64,000 bases of DNA, taken from contig OZ024742.1 of the NCBI GenBank assembly GCA_964016885.1, positions 128,154,001-128,218,000 of the forward strand, written 5' to 3'. Positions 26,790 to 40,500 of this stretch are shown piece by piece. Source of the DNA: Eledone cirrhosa. Lineage: Eukaryota. A program made the translations under genes and the position numbers. The notes beneath the pieces are model-generated. The model did not search any database, had not been told where the DNA came from, and saw nothing but the letters and a program-made list of their open reading frames with translations. How positions within the stretch are numbered: the first letter of the stretch is position 1; every line of letters starts with the position of its first letter.

Positions 26790-27060
26790 GAAGAACATAT
26801 AGGGCCATCTGTTATTTATCAGTAAAATAACAAGCAGTCACTATAAATAGGCTGTCGTGTGGCCCTAACATCACTCACTCCACTGCCTTTTCACCTGTAC
26901 AACACAGCCTGTATATATATACATAACGGTTTACTGCTACACCCACAAGGTTCACACTACCCACCTCATCTTGTCACTTTTCTTTTTAAGGGAAAATTCA
27001 TATGGTAAATAAAAGATTCGTGAACAACACTGAAGCTTTACTGAACGGCATAGGTTAAGT
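26790..27060 (+). promoter_or_regulatory. Possible TATA/Inr core promoter with first exon
   Basis: ctataaatag (TATA and MEF2 consensus) at 26841, tcactc Inr about 30 nt downstream, E-boxes, donor-like ag|gttaagt near 27052. Confidence 0.25.
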
Positions 27061-27256
27061 TTAACGTCCGAGATAATGAAAGTAGATTTTCTGACAAGTG
27101 AATGTGTTTTTTGTTTTTTTTACAATGACAGTTACGATACAGTTTGTTTATTTACAACAGGTCTCTATAGTGATATGGTGTTAATTAGTATTGCGTGTGT
27201 GATTATTTTTTCTTTTTCTTTTTTTGTGTATTGTGTGTACAGAAAATGACATTGTG

Positions 27257-27457
27257 TGTTGAAAGAAAGACATTTTTTTAAAATAACTACATAATTAGAC
27301 GTTTGTTGCATATAACATATAAATTGACGTACCTTATCAACATCCTTATTAGACCGTATAGATAGCTGAAATACAGATAAGGTACGGCAATTTATATGTT
27401 ATATGCAACAAACGTCTAACTATGTAGTTATTTAAAAAAAAATTATTTCTTTCAACA
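27257..27457. repeat. Long inverted repeat (arms about 80 bp), foldback/MITE-like
   Basis: 27257-27338 is nearly the reverse complement of 27376-27457. Confidence 0.85.
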
Positions 27458-27829
27458 GCTGCATAAAAAGGTGCAGAGCGCTAAAAGTCGATGGAAGCCG
27501 CGGAGTGGGGAGACCCAAGAAGACCTGGGATGAGGTGATAAAAGCTGACCTTACCCAATTACACCTCTCAAAAGCGATGACACACGACCGTGACCTCTGC
27601 CATCACGCAGTAATACAGAAGACCCGACCCCCCACGGGTACAAGCCGAAGCTGAAGCATATAGACAATATACCCTCTCCCTCTACAAAGTGGTCGTGGAG
27701 ATGCCACGGCAAAAAAGCACCCACCACACACTGTAAAGTGGACATGTAGGCGCCATGGAAAAAAAGCACCCAGCACTCACTGTAAATGAGGTTGATGTTA
27801 GGAAGGGCATCCAGCTGTAGAAATCAAGC

Positions 27830-28795
27830 CAGAATCAGTTCCCGTATCTTAGTCTTTGTCAGGTTGACTTTGAGACCCCTTCTTTCTAGTCCCTGCTTCC
27901 ATGTTTGGAATTTCTTCTCTAGTTCTACCATAGATTCAGCTATAAGTGCGAGGTCATCTGCAAACAGGAGTTCCCATGGGCATCCGGTCTTAAACTCCTC
28001 CGTTACTGTCTGCAAAACTATGATGAACAGAAGAGGGCTAAGAACAGAGCCCTGGTGGACACCGACCTGTATGCTAAATTCCTCGCTAGTCATTGTTAAT
28101 CCTAACTGCTCCCCTATACATGGCTTGTACAGCTTCACAAGCCATTCATCTACTCCTAGTTTTCTAAGAGCCCACCAGATTATAGTATGGGGAACTCTGT
28201 CAAAGGCTTTCTCCAGATTGACGAATGCCAGGTAGAGCGGCCTACTTTTAGCTAGGTACTTTTCCTGTAACTGCTTCACAAGGAAGAGGGCATCAGTGGT
28301 GCCTTTTCCTGGCACAAACCCAAATTGCATCTCATCTAGTTTCACCCGGTCCCTAATCAACTGTGCTATAACTCTGTTACTTTCATGACTTGGTCCATCA
28401 GCTTTATACCTCTATAGTTTCCTCTATCTAGTGCATCACCTTTACTTTTGTAGCAGTTGACAATGATGCTGCTGCACCAATCCTTTGGTATGACACCTAG
28501 TATTACCTGGTTAACAATACGTGTGGTTATAGTGTGACCTACCGACCCAGATGCCTTCAGCATCTCGGCAGCTATACCCGATGGACCAGTTGCCTTCCCC
28601 GTCTTCATATCTTTGATTGCCTTACTTACTACGCTGCTGCTGACTTGTACTGCTGGCCCCTCTATAGGGTCTACCTGGGGTAGGGTCTCTTCTTCCCATG
28701 CATTCTCCTCATTTAGTTATCTTTCATAATGGTTCTTCCACGCATCTTTCTTCTCAGCACTTGTGAGGGCAAGCTCACCTTTATCATTCCGGATG
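27830..28795 (-). mobile_element. RTE (BovB-like) LINE RT fragment
   Basis: QFGFVPGKGTTDA, EKAFDRV, GVHQGSVLSPLLF, LFADDL. Confidence 0.9.
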
Positions 28796-30304
28796 TATAT
28801 ATATATATATCGTCATCATCATCATTTACATCCGTTTTTCCACGCAAGCATGGGTTAGACGGGTTGTCCTGTTGTGGGCAGTGTCCGGTCGGCTGACCTT
28901 GTCTTGCTCATACAGGAACTGATTCTGGCTTGATTTCTACAGCTGGATGCCCTTCCTAACACCAACCTCATTTACAGTGAGTGCTGGGCGCCTTTTTTCC
29001 GTGGCGCCTACATATATATATGCAAAAGGCAAACGGAAATAACAAAGCAAATGGCAGTACAATGAATATATATATAGAGAGTAGACATACAAAATCCTTA
29101 GTACAGTAAAATACATTTGACAAATAATAAGAATAACTTTTCTGATAATTTCTATTCTTTAATGATCAAATGTTTACAAAATGTGTTTACCATTTAGTGA
29201 TCCATAATTTAACTCTTTTGATACCAAATTGCTGGAAAATTAACTCTTTTGATACCAAATCTATGATTTAATTTAAAAGTCTTTATATTTATCTAAAAAC
29301 CTTCCATCACAATTTTATGTAAGAACCTTTGTCAAGTTACATTCCAAACAACTTAAATAATGAGAAAGTTAGTTATATTATTAAATCCCTCAAATACTTG
29401 ACTATTTTCAAAATGATTTGAAATCATTTGTAGTGTCTGTCATTAGAAGTATGGCTATGAAAGGATTAACAAAAATTGTGCTGAGAGAACTGGTGTCTGA
29501 AAATTGCTTTACACAAGAAATTCAAGTCCTCTGATCACATTTTTAACAAATTTTGTTGATTACTAAAGAGTAACAACATTTTGTAAGACAGATTTGTTAA
29601 CTCCTGCCATCCAGCACCACACCAAACACAGATGTGGTTAGAATATCTAAGGAAAGAATTACGGGACAGATTTTATGGGTAAAACCAACCAGCAGAAGAC
29701 CCAAGGGTGGTCCCCGAGCAAGATGGATGGATAACATCTATGAGCTTGGCTGGTCTTGTTAAGGGATCAAGTGGGATCAATTGGAAACAGTGGCTTGTGA
29801 CAGAACCCAGTGGAAGGAGTATTCGAAGTCTCTACCTCTGCAACCCTCCCAGGAAAAAGCAGGTGGCAGTGACAAAGAAGATGATTTGTTAATGCAAATG
29901 CTTTACTAGTAGTATCTTTACTAATGGACATATGATTGTAAAAATTTGCAATATTAGAGCAAAGACTTTAATTTTTAATGTGATGCAGTCATAGTGCTGC
30001 TATGTAATTTTCAAAAAAGTCTTTGCTAATGCAGAGATTCATGTAAAATCAAGCATTAAGAGTTAAAGAATAAGTGTCCTCACAAAAGACATTATTATCA
30101 TTTTTCAAAATATATGTATATTAAAAAATAACAGTAATTCCACATGAATTAACTTGTTAGAAATGTGAAAAGAAAATGCATTGAAAACTTGATTATAAAA
30201 ATAAGAGAATGTTTATATCTTCATCATAAAGTTATAAGATGATATTGTATACATTCTTCTTCTTTTACAATAAAGTATGTCAATGCATCTGCTTTTTATG
30301 TTTT

Positions 30305-30397
30305 AATATATATACACACACATATATATATATATATATGTACACACACATATATATATACATACATACACACATCTATACATACATACACACACAC

Positions 30398-30428
<31 letters not shown>

Positions 30429-30441
30429 CATATATATTTAT

Positions 30442-30473
<32 letters not shown>

Positions 30474-30520
30474 TATATTATTATATATATATGTGTGTAT
30501 ATATATATATTTATTATATA

Positions 30521-30551
<31 letters not shown>

Positions 30552-30622
30552 TTATTATATATATATGTGTATATATATATATATATATATTTATTATATA
30601 TATATGTGTATATATATATATA

Positions 30623-30670
<48 letters not shown>

Positions 30671-30728
30671 TATTTATTATATATATGTGTATATATATAT
30701 ATATATGTGTGTGTAAATATATATATAA
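30305..30728. repeat. Compound (TA)n/(TG)n microsatellite
   Basis: Direct reading. Confidence 0.95.
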
Positions 30729-31216
30729 AAAGAAAGAGCTGATTGTCAAATCAAACCAAGGAAAATATATTTTCATTAGTCTCTCAAGTGCTGGTACTAT
30801 TTGCCGATTGCAACTCTTGGCAGAAGGAGCAATGCAAAATAAAATATTTTGCTCAAGTAAACAACATACTGCTCAGTCCAGAAATGGGAGTTTATATTTT
30901 AGTAATTCTTCTGATTCTGTGTTGGTGCAATATTATTTATATAACAGGAGAGTGGTTGCTGCAGATTTATATAGAAACCACATAATAGAACAGCTGCAGC
31001 CTGATGATGTCAATCATCTCCATAGCAGAAATTGGTGTAGGTTTGGTTGTTGATATGTTGAGCAGGTTTGGGGTGTAGTGATTAATTTTACTTTATGTCT
31101 AGTGTGCTATCTATCTAGCGGGTGTATGGGTAATATTTACTGGAGTTTGTGGATTGGATAGCATTAATTTGGAGTTGTTTTGCGTATACTTTATGGCAAT
31201 CAACAGTCATGGTTTT

Positions 31217-31260
<44 letters not shown>

Positions 31261-31291
31261 GTATGGAAGTTCATATTTTGGTAATTCTCTT

Positions 31292-31345
<54 letters not shown>

Positions 31346-31359
31346 TAGAGAGAGAGAAT

Positions 31360-31407
<48 letters not shown>

Positions 31408-31471
31408 GAGGAGTCTTTGGGATCATTTCAGAAGCTTCTGTGAAATTTCCCCCTACAATTTACAGAGAATG

Positions 31472-31561
31472 TTAAGAGGAAGATGAGGAGTCACTACTGC
31501 TATCACTGCTGGATTTATGATGATGCTTCTTCTTTTTCTTGTGCTTGGATTTCTTGTGTTT
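31472..31561 (-). CDS. ZCCHC17: ZCCHC17 terminal exon 8 (KHKKSKHKKKKKHHHKSSSDSSSDSSSSS*)
   Basis: ggcag acceptor, phase 0, TAA at 31474-31472; Lys/His/Ser tail as in orthologues. Confidence 0.85.
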   Translation of the reverse strand, partial: KHKKSKHKKKKKHHHKSSSDSSSDSSSSS

Positions 31562-34500
31562 CTGCCAATAATTAAATAAAAAGAGAAACAATTAGCAGAA
31601 TATATTTGCTGAATATATATTGAAATTTGAAAGTACAGTCACCACAATATTGAAACTATAATAATAGCTGATAGCTATCTGTATTGTGGTGACTATATTT
31701 TCAAATTTCCCAAAGCTTCATAAGTCAATTGAATAGATATTAATTATTCAGCAACAATGTGTAATGTTAGTGTTTATGAACAATAATTCAAACCATTAAC
31801 ACATTTAATACGAATCTGTGTGAAACACACACCAAGTTCTATGAAACATAATCTCCCATTTTAAAGGGCTCCTATTCAAAATTGATATCTGCTAACATAA
31901 TTGGTATTAGAATATTTTGTTCTATCTTTCTCTGTCTCTGGCAAGAGTTTGTCCCACACCTGTGTAGGTCATCTTTTAGAGTGGATTTCCAGGTCTTTTT
32001 TGGCCTACTCTTTGGTCTTTTACCACCAGCTGGCAACCATCACATTGCAATTCTTGCTGACATATTGTCCCCCATTTGTAGAATATGTCCTGTCAGCTGC
32101 ATTCTTCTGCTTTTGATAATACTCAGATGTGTAGTATTGGCTTTTCGAAGCACCTCTTCATTTGTGATCTTGACTTGCCCTCTAATGCCCAGGATCTTTT
32201 GGAGGCATCTTTGATGGAAAGATGCAGTAAAGCAGTTAGCACTAGGAAGGGTATCAGGCTGTAGAAACCATGCTAAAATGTATAAGGAAGACCAGCCAAA
32301 CCTCAAAACATAACTCATCCAATACATACCACCATAAAAAAACAGATGTAAAATGATGATGTAATGTTTCAATTAATTTTGAAAATGTTCAAGAATTTGA
32401 TGCCAACCCTTCAAGACACCTCTTACAACATGCAAGTATAGGGTTATCTATTCTAAACCAAGCTGACAAGCGACATACATTAAAATAAATAATTTTGCCT
32501 TTATTAATCTTCATAAAAAGGTTCTTAGATAAAATTATGACAGGTGTTAATTTAAATATGAACACTTCAATATAGACAATTTTATTGAGTTCAAGCTAGC
32601 TGATTCACTCTTCGGCAGGTCTTTGAGAAATCATAGGAGTATTGCCAATAAGTGTATGTTGATTTCGTGAACCTCATAAAGGCATACAACTGGTGTGCAA
32701 GGTTCTGCAAAAGTGTGCAATCAATAGACAGCTTCTTGTTGCCCTGATGTCTCTATACGAATGCCCTAGTATTTGTGTTTGGATAAATAAGGCTAAGTTG
32801 AAACCATTTAATGTGTCAGACTTCAACAAGAGTGTATACTACTACCTCTCCTGTTCATAATCTTCATGGACACAGTCAAGTGGGAAGCGGTATTGAGACT
32901 GAAGGGTGTAAGATAAATTGGCTGCAATTTGCAGAAGACATGGTGTTACTGAACTTGAAAGAAAGTGATCTCCGACATGCATTTAAAAGATTTGCTACTG
33001 AATGCTGCATGGCAAGATGTTAGTGCTGTGAAGACTGAGACAATCATCCTCTCAAGGAAACCTGTGCAGTGCACTCTGCATGTGAGTAGAGTTCCATTGA
33101 AGCAAGTGGAGAAGTCCAAGTATCCTGAGGGTGTTTTCACAAGTGATGGAAGGCAGGAGGCTGAATTAAGTGCAAGAATTGCAGGAGTTGGTGCAGTAAT
33201 GCGCCAGCTTCAGCTGTCTGTTGTCAGAAGAACGTAGGTAGGTGTAAGAGCCAAACTTATATCTTCAATTCAGTAATCGTGCCTACTCTTACCTATGGTT
33301 ATGAGTGAAAGAATACAATCACAAATATAAGCAGCTGAAATAGGGTCCCTCCAAAGGGTCTTTAGAGTAATGTAACTTGATAGAGTGTATAACTCTGAGA
33401 GAGATCAGGGAGTCACTCCTGGTAGAGACACGGCTCCAAATTGAGAGATAACAGCTCTGGTACAAGTTAGAATGTCTAATGAAAGAATCACTGGATAGAT
33501 TTTATAGGCAAAGCAAATCAACAGGGGATCAAAAGTTAGACACTGAGTAAGATGGTTGGATAACATACATGAGCTCAATTAGTCTTACTTGGGGATCTAG
33601 CAGGGTTAATTGGGGGATAGTTGCTTCTGATAGGACCCTCTGGAAAGCATGTTTGATGACTCTGCCCTCAAGGCCAACAATTTTAAAGGAAGGGAGGAAA
33701 GTAGATTAAATTGACCCCAGTACGTTACTGGTACATTATTTTATCGAGCCCATAAGGATGAAAGGCAAAGTTAACTCAGAATATAAAGAGCCATAACTAT
33801 ACATTGCAAACCATGTTGTCCAATGCTCTACAATTATTATCAAAATAATAATTAGAGGTAGTCTGAGGCAAATTGTTACTGAAAGAGTTAACGACAAAAC
33901 AGCAACATTTTCAGGCTATTTTCCCCGCTGAAGGAGTTAGCTTTCTGTGCCTCAAACTATATTTTATACTAACCAGGGGCTCATTTTGAGCTTTTATAGC
34001 TGCATGCCCTCTCAGGAGCCAACCTTTTTAGTCACTTCTCACTTACATACATTCCCAGACTTTACTGAGTGTACTGGGAGAGTTTTATTGTGGCACCAGC
34101 ACTAGGGAGGTTGTCATATGTTTGACATAATTGGAGAGTCCCCTCGACTCTTTGTTTCGCAAGTTTTCTATGGCTGGATGGCGTTTCCTATCACCAACCA
34201 CTTTATAGAGTGTACTAGGTGCATTTTACTGTGGCACCATCAAACAAAGTGAAGTACTTACATCAGAAGAACTCTTAGATTCCTTCTTCTGTTTCTTTTT
34301 CTTCTTTTTGTGTGCCTTTTTGGCTTTCTTCTCCTAATGAAAGAAATTACATCATTAACATTACATACTCAGTGCTGGACTGACCTAAAAGCTAAATAAG
34401 CTATAACTTAGAGCCGTATTCTTAAAAATATATTTTTTATTTTATCATTAGTTTCTATTCTTTAACACTAAATCATTAAAAATTATACATATATTCATTA

Positions 34501-37500
34501 TTTGCTTTTCATCATTAACATTAAAAAAAAAATTATGTATAATTATTAAAATTCTTTTTTACTCAAATCTTTTAGAGAAGGGCCTCCAATTTCATATGAC
34601 TTAGGGCCTCAGCAGGTGAACGTTTGGCCCCACATACACTGAAGTGTAAAAAAGGACTTAGTTGACTTATGAAGCACTGAGAAATTTGAAAATATAGTCA
34701 TCAGAATGCAAATAACTATGTCAACTTTCTTCCATCTCCAGAGGTACTTTATCTGATTTTATTCTACTATTATCTATCTGTAGCTATCAACTATTATTAT
34801 AGTTATCTGCACTGTGATAGCTATATTTTAGTGATATGCAACATGTCTTGGGTATTTGAACCTGACAAAGCCCATCCCTCACCAGGTCAAAATACACCTA
34901 ATTTCTGTGTGAGAGAGAGAGAGAGAGAAAGGGATATCACCATAATATTAGCATTAACACTAACACAGCATGATTCTGAATCAATATATAATGTCCTCAT
35001 TGTTTAACATAAAAAGCTGGAAGAAATACTGCAAAAGTTGTTACTTCTCTGAACTGAGAGATCACAGTTCCGACACTAGGGATATGTGGTTAGAATGGCT
35101 AAGGAAAGAATTGCTGGACAGATTTTACAGGCAAAACCAACCGGTCGGAGAGCCAGGGGTAGACCCCGAGCAAGATGGTTGAATAACATTTATGAACTTA
35201 GCTGGTTTTGCTTGGGGATCCAGCTGGATCAAGTGGAGTTCTTTATTTCTGACAGGACCAGCTGGAAGGCGTGCTTGAGGACTCTGTCCCTGGACCCTCC
35301 CAGGAATATGTGGGAGGAGGAGGAAGAAGATGAAGTCAGCACATGCTTCTTCAATGCCAATTTCCTTTTCAAATAAGGTTTGAAATGATAATTATAAAAA
35401 TAATGGCTTCTGATTTAGGCACAAGGCCAACAATTTTTTGGGAAGGGGAAAGTCGATTAAATTGACCTCAGTGTGTTACTGGTGCTCTATTTTATCGACC
35501 CTGTAAGGATGAAAGGCAAAGCTAACCTCAGCACGATTTGAACTCAGAACATAAAGGGATGTAGCATCTTGTCCGACGTTCTACCGTTACTGCCAATCCA
35601 CCACTAATTTCAAATAATAATAATATGGATTTCTTTATTTGCTAAATATAATAATAACATACCTTCTTTCTAAGTTTCTTTTCTTCATGTGACAGGTGAG
35701 ATTTCTCTGCAGGCTTCCTTTCGTCAGTTTCAGGAATAAGACTGTAAGCTTGGCCATTCACACTGAAACAATCTTTGGAAAAATGACCTGAAAAATAAAT
35801 TTACAAAATAACTTTACTAATCTTAGCTGCATATATCTTTTTCAGTGATTATTTTAACATGCAGTTGACTCTGCTTGTGTAGTTCTAAATTTAATTTTGT
35901 GCAGTAAGTTTACATCTTGTGTCAAATACTTCATGCTTTTACATGGTAAATGATGGTTAAAAGACTTTAACCCTTTAGCATTTACATTACTCTAAATTTA
36001 CTGTTGCATTTTCAAGGTAAAGCCTTTATCTCACATAATCTTGAGTCTATGAGAATTTGTTGATGTTATTGTTTATTTTAAGAACAATATCTTAATGTCA
36101 GTGTGAGCTGCTGGTTATGGCCAGATACAGCCGGTTTAAATGCTAAAGGGTTTAAACATTCATAAAATGTTTAAAATAGCCATTATAAATGTTTCTTAGA
36201 CTCATAGAATATCAAACATTGGGTCATGGCACCTGCCTAAAAATTTTTTGCAGTTCTAAAATTTCCTTAAAATAAACTCTGCAACATTTCAAATAAATGA
36301 AAGGGCCCGCTATCTGATTGTTCAACTTCTCTATTACTGGCCATGCTGGGGCACCACCTTCACCTCTATACACACTTTTATTTATTTTATTGATCTCTAT
36401 TTGTTGAACCTAAACAGATAGCACAACATCATCTCAAGTTTTTCTAGGCCTTCCCCTTTGATAAGTTTTATTGATTTTGAAATCTCTGGATACACTCCTC
36501 CGTACACATCATATGTCCGAACTCATGTAGTCTCCTCTCCTACACACGGCATCTGGTTCCTCTTATGCACAGGTTTTTCTCTCAGCTCATTGATGTTTTG
36601 TTGTTGTTCATGTAAACCACTGTTACACATCTATTGGATAATGCTTGCTTCATTTCTTTCCCATCTTTGTAAATCCTCCACACAAAGCATTGCTGTTCAT
36701 ACACAAGCTTCATACAATCTGCCTTTCACTTTGAGGGAGAAACCCTTAGTAGCCAGAAGTGATAGTAGTTCCTTGAACTTTTTCCAGCTGGTTCTCACTC
36801 AGTCAACCGTACTTTCAGAACCTTTTCCACTGCTAATTTGGTCTCCCATGTAGCAGAAATGTACCTCTAGGGGACCATCTAAGCATTAGATAGCACTTGT
36901 TTCATGGGAGCTCTTGCTGCTCACTGCTCATGTGCATCTGTCACATACAAAGCCTAGATTCTTTGCCAGCCTGTCTGAGGTCCTGCTACATCTCTTGTGT
37001 TCTAGGAAACAAGACTACCCACTTTAAAGGGTTTCCATTTAAATTAAAATCTTATAACATAATTTGATATAAGAACCTTTTGTTAAGTAATGATTCAAAT
37101 AACATCTTAATAATGAATAATTTTAGTAAATCATTTCAAATTCTACATTAATTAATTGAAATGCATTAGGAATATGGTACCGAAATAGTTAAGAACCTAT
37201 AATAAATTATACCAAAATATTATAACTTACCATAAGCACCACATTTTTTACATGTTGTATCATAGACGGCACCAAGCTCAATTTTCTGGATTTCTCGTTT
37301 AAAACCTTTCTTTTGCTTGCGTAAATCAATGCTGGAAATAAAAATAGTGTGCATAAATGATGGAGCATGGATGAACTGAGAGAAAAACTGGGTATAGGAA
37401 GAATCAAATGTAGTGTGCAAGAGAGAAGTATGCTGGGATGAACATGTAATGCATATGGATGATCATAGCTGGGTGAAGAAGTGCAATGAGATCCCAATGG

Positions 37501-40500
37501 AAGAAAACTGCAGGAGAGGAATACCAAAAAAGACCTGGGCAGAGGTGATGAAAGTTGATGATGTAGACAATGATAAAACAAGCACAACAATATCAAAATG
37601 CAAAAATAAATTATTAAAGTTATCTAATTTTATCATGCCAACAACACTACTTTTTGCAGAGTGTTTTGGATGGATTTTTATCATGGCACTAGTACCACTT
37701 CTTACAGAGTGTACTGGGTGTATTTTATCATGGCATCAGCACTAACACTTTACAGAGTGTATTATCATGGCACCAACATCCAAGAGGACATTGTGACCTT
37801 GGCAGACCAAAGAGAGACAGTAATGGGAGAGGGTGGAGGGTGGGGAAGTTATGATGAAAGATACACTGAGGAGAGAGAGAGAGAGCCAAGTAGAGGAGAT
37901 ACAGGAAGAGCAAGAACAAGTGTTGGGTGGTGGGAGGGTGAACATTGGAGAACAGTTGGGGTCTGACAGATCCCAAGTTATTTGGATGAGAAGAGGGTAA
38001 GGATGAGCTATATCAAATAGGATAGTTGAGAGGTAAAGAAGGTGTATGTAGCAGCCCAACAGATTTAGAGAGAAGAGGAGACCTAACAGGAATCAGGAAT
38101 GTATAAAGTGTCCTGCTTGTCACAGAGGAGGTGTGTGGCCTAGTGGTAATGTTGTGGGTTTGATTCCTGAACTGGATTGTGTGTTGTGTTCTTGAGCAAA
38201 ACACTTCATTTCACGTTATTAGAGTAAATTCAGCTGAAAATGAGTAGCAGCAATTGCTAGGGGTTTAACCCTGTGATGGACAGGCATCCTGTCCAGGGAA
38301 AGTCTAGTATTCTCAATTATAGTAAAGGCACTATAAATATTTGAATTAAAAAACCACATTTGCAAGACATTTTTAAAAAGTACAAAGCAGCATTATGACA
38401 TCATCACATTAAAACTTCAAGCCGTTATTTTAGTTTACTGCAAATTTTAACAATAACCTTTTGACTTTAATATTTTAATGTGAAGCAGTCACTGCTGTTT
38501 TGTACTTTTCAAGAAGGTTTTGCTAATGTGGTTTCATGTGGTACACAATGTTAAGAGTTAAGGATTGAAAGCTTTATAAATGATATTTTATTTAGGTACA
38601 GTGTTGATTTTTGGCAAAGGAAAGCATATCAATACTGGTGTAGCAGCATCATCATTAACTGCTACAAGGGTAAAGGGGATGCTCTAGATAGGGGACACTA
38701 TAGAGGCATTAAGTTAGTTGACCAGGTCATGAAGGTCACAGAAAGGGTTATAGCGCAACTAATCAGAGAGCGAATTGATCTAGATGAAATGCAGTTTGGG
38801 TTTGTGTCAGGTAAACGAAGATGATGATGATGATGATGAATCTATAGCAGTATATAACTGGTATACATTTTATCAATCTTAGATGAGCGAAATGTAAACA
38901 GCAGGATCTTGATTAAGAACAACTGACACAACAATAACAACGTGTTTTAAGGCCAGTGTCAGTTTGATTCCTGGACCAGGCGATACGTTATGTCCTTGAG
39001 CAAGACACTTTATTTCACGTTGTGACCGATAGATAGTATTAGCAATTGGAAAGGCCAACAGAAACATTGTTTCCTCAGTCCGATTTGACGAGTCAAACAA
39101 CAATTTTTTTTCCTAAAGCAGTGGTTAATCTTGCAGAGCCCATGATAGGCTTCATATTTATCATAGGGTTCTTTTTGAGGCTAAATTTTATGGCTGGATG
39201 CCCTTCCGGGTGCCAACCCTTTTATTTGCATTTGTTACGACACACAGGGAAGAGAACCGAGAGAAATGGTGTGAATTTACTCTATAAAAAATACACGCAA
39301 AGGGCCTTTAACTCCTGGTGTAGTCATGAGAGCACTCATCATGGTTTAAGTATTTTAAACCTAACAGAACACATCCCTGTCCAGGTCAAAATCCAACCAA
39401 TTTCTTCCATAGAAAGATAGTGATAAAGAGAATAGTGATGGGTACTTTATTTATCAATTTCAAAAGGATGAAAGGCGAAGTTGATGTTGGCAGGATTTGA
39501 ACCCTTAGCACATTGAGCTGGAACAAATACAGAGGCATTTTTAATCCAATGCCCTGACAACTTTCAATTTGTTGCCTTGAATTTACCTACACACCATATA
39601 ATTTTGACATGTCCCTCACCCCACTGAAACAATTAATAAGTGATTATGCATTAACCCTTTAGCATTTAAACTGGTCACCTCTTTCTGTTCAAACCAGCTG
39701 TAACTGGCCACTCATACTGATGTTAAGATATTGTTCTCAAAATAAATAACATAAAAATCTCATGGGTTCACTATTAAGTGAGATAATTATGTAAGATAAA
39801 GCCTTTACCACAAAAATACAATAGCATATATATAGTAATGTAAATGCTAAAGGGTTAAGACATTCTTCAAAAATAAAAATAAACAAATAATGTAAATTTG
39901 AGAAATCTTACCTTGCTTGTATATTGTTTGGATCTGAGTCTTTTCCACTAGATTGATCCACACATTTCATTGACAGACTTATTTTACCCTCATCCTGCAA
40001 AATACCCAACATAGAAACAATCCTTTCATTACCATATTTCTTATGAAAGACAATGTTTATGATTTTCAAATCATTTTGAAAATAATCAAGAATTTGAAGG
40101 GATTTAATAATTAATATAACTAATTTTCTTATTATTTAGCTGGTGTTTGGAGTTTAGCTTAATAAAGGGTTTTCACATAAAATTATGATGAGTCTTTAGC
40201 TAAATATAAACATTTTAAAACAAACAGGTTTTGTATTGTAGAACGAAGGGTTATTTCAGGCAGTTTGGTATCAGAAGAGTTAATAAAACAAATCACAAAA
40301 CTAATAAGATGCTATACATTTCAAATAAAAGACTCAAGGTGAGTTTAAGGTTACTTCTGTTTTAAGCTTGTGTTTGGATAAATGGTACTAAATCGAAGCC
40401 ATTCAATGTATGAGTCACAAATCTTGGGTAATGACTGAAAGAAAACGATTGCGAATATGAGTAGCCGAATGGGGTTCCACTGAATGGCCTTTGGAGTAAT

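Noticed and set aside
30239-31361. Long Y/I-rich ORFs
   Set aside because: Translations of (TA)n microsatellites; the tail of 30400..31053 probably lies in or near the ZCCHC17 3' UTR and shows no recognisable motif.
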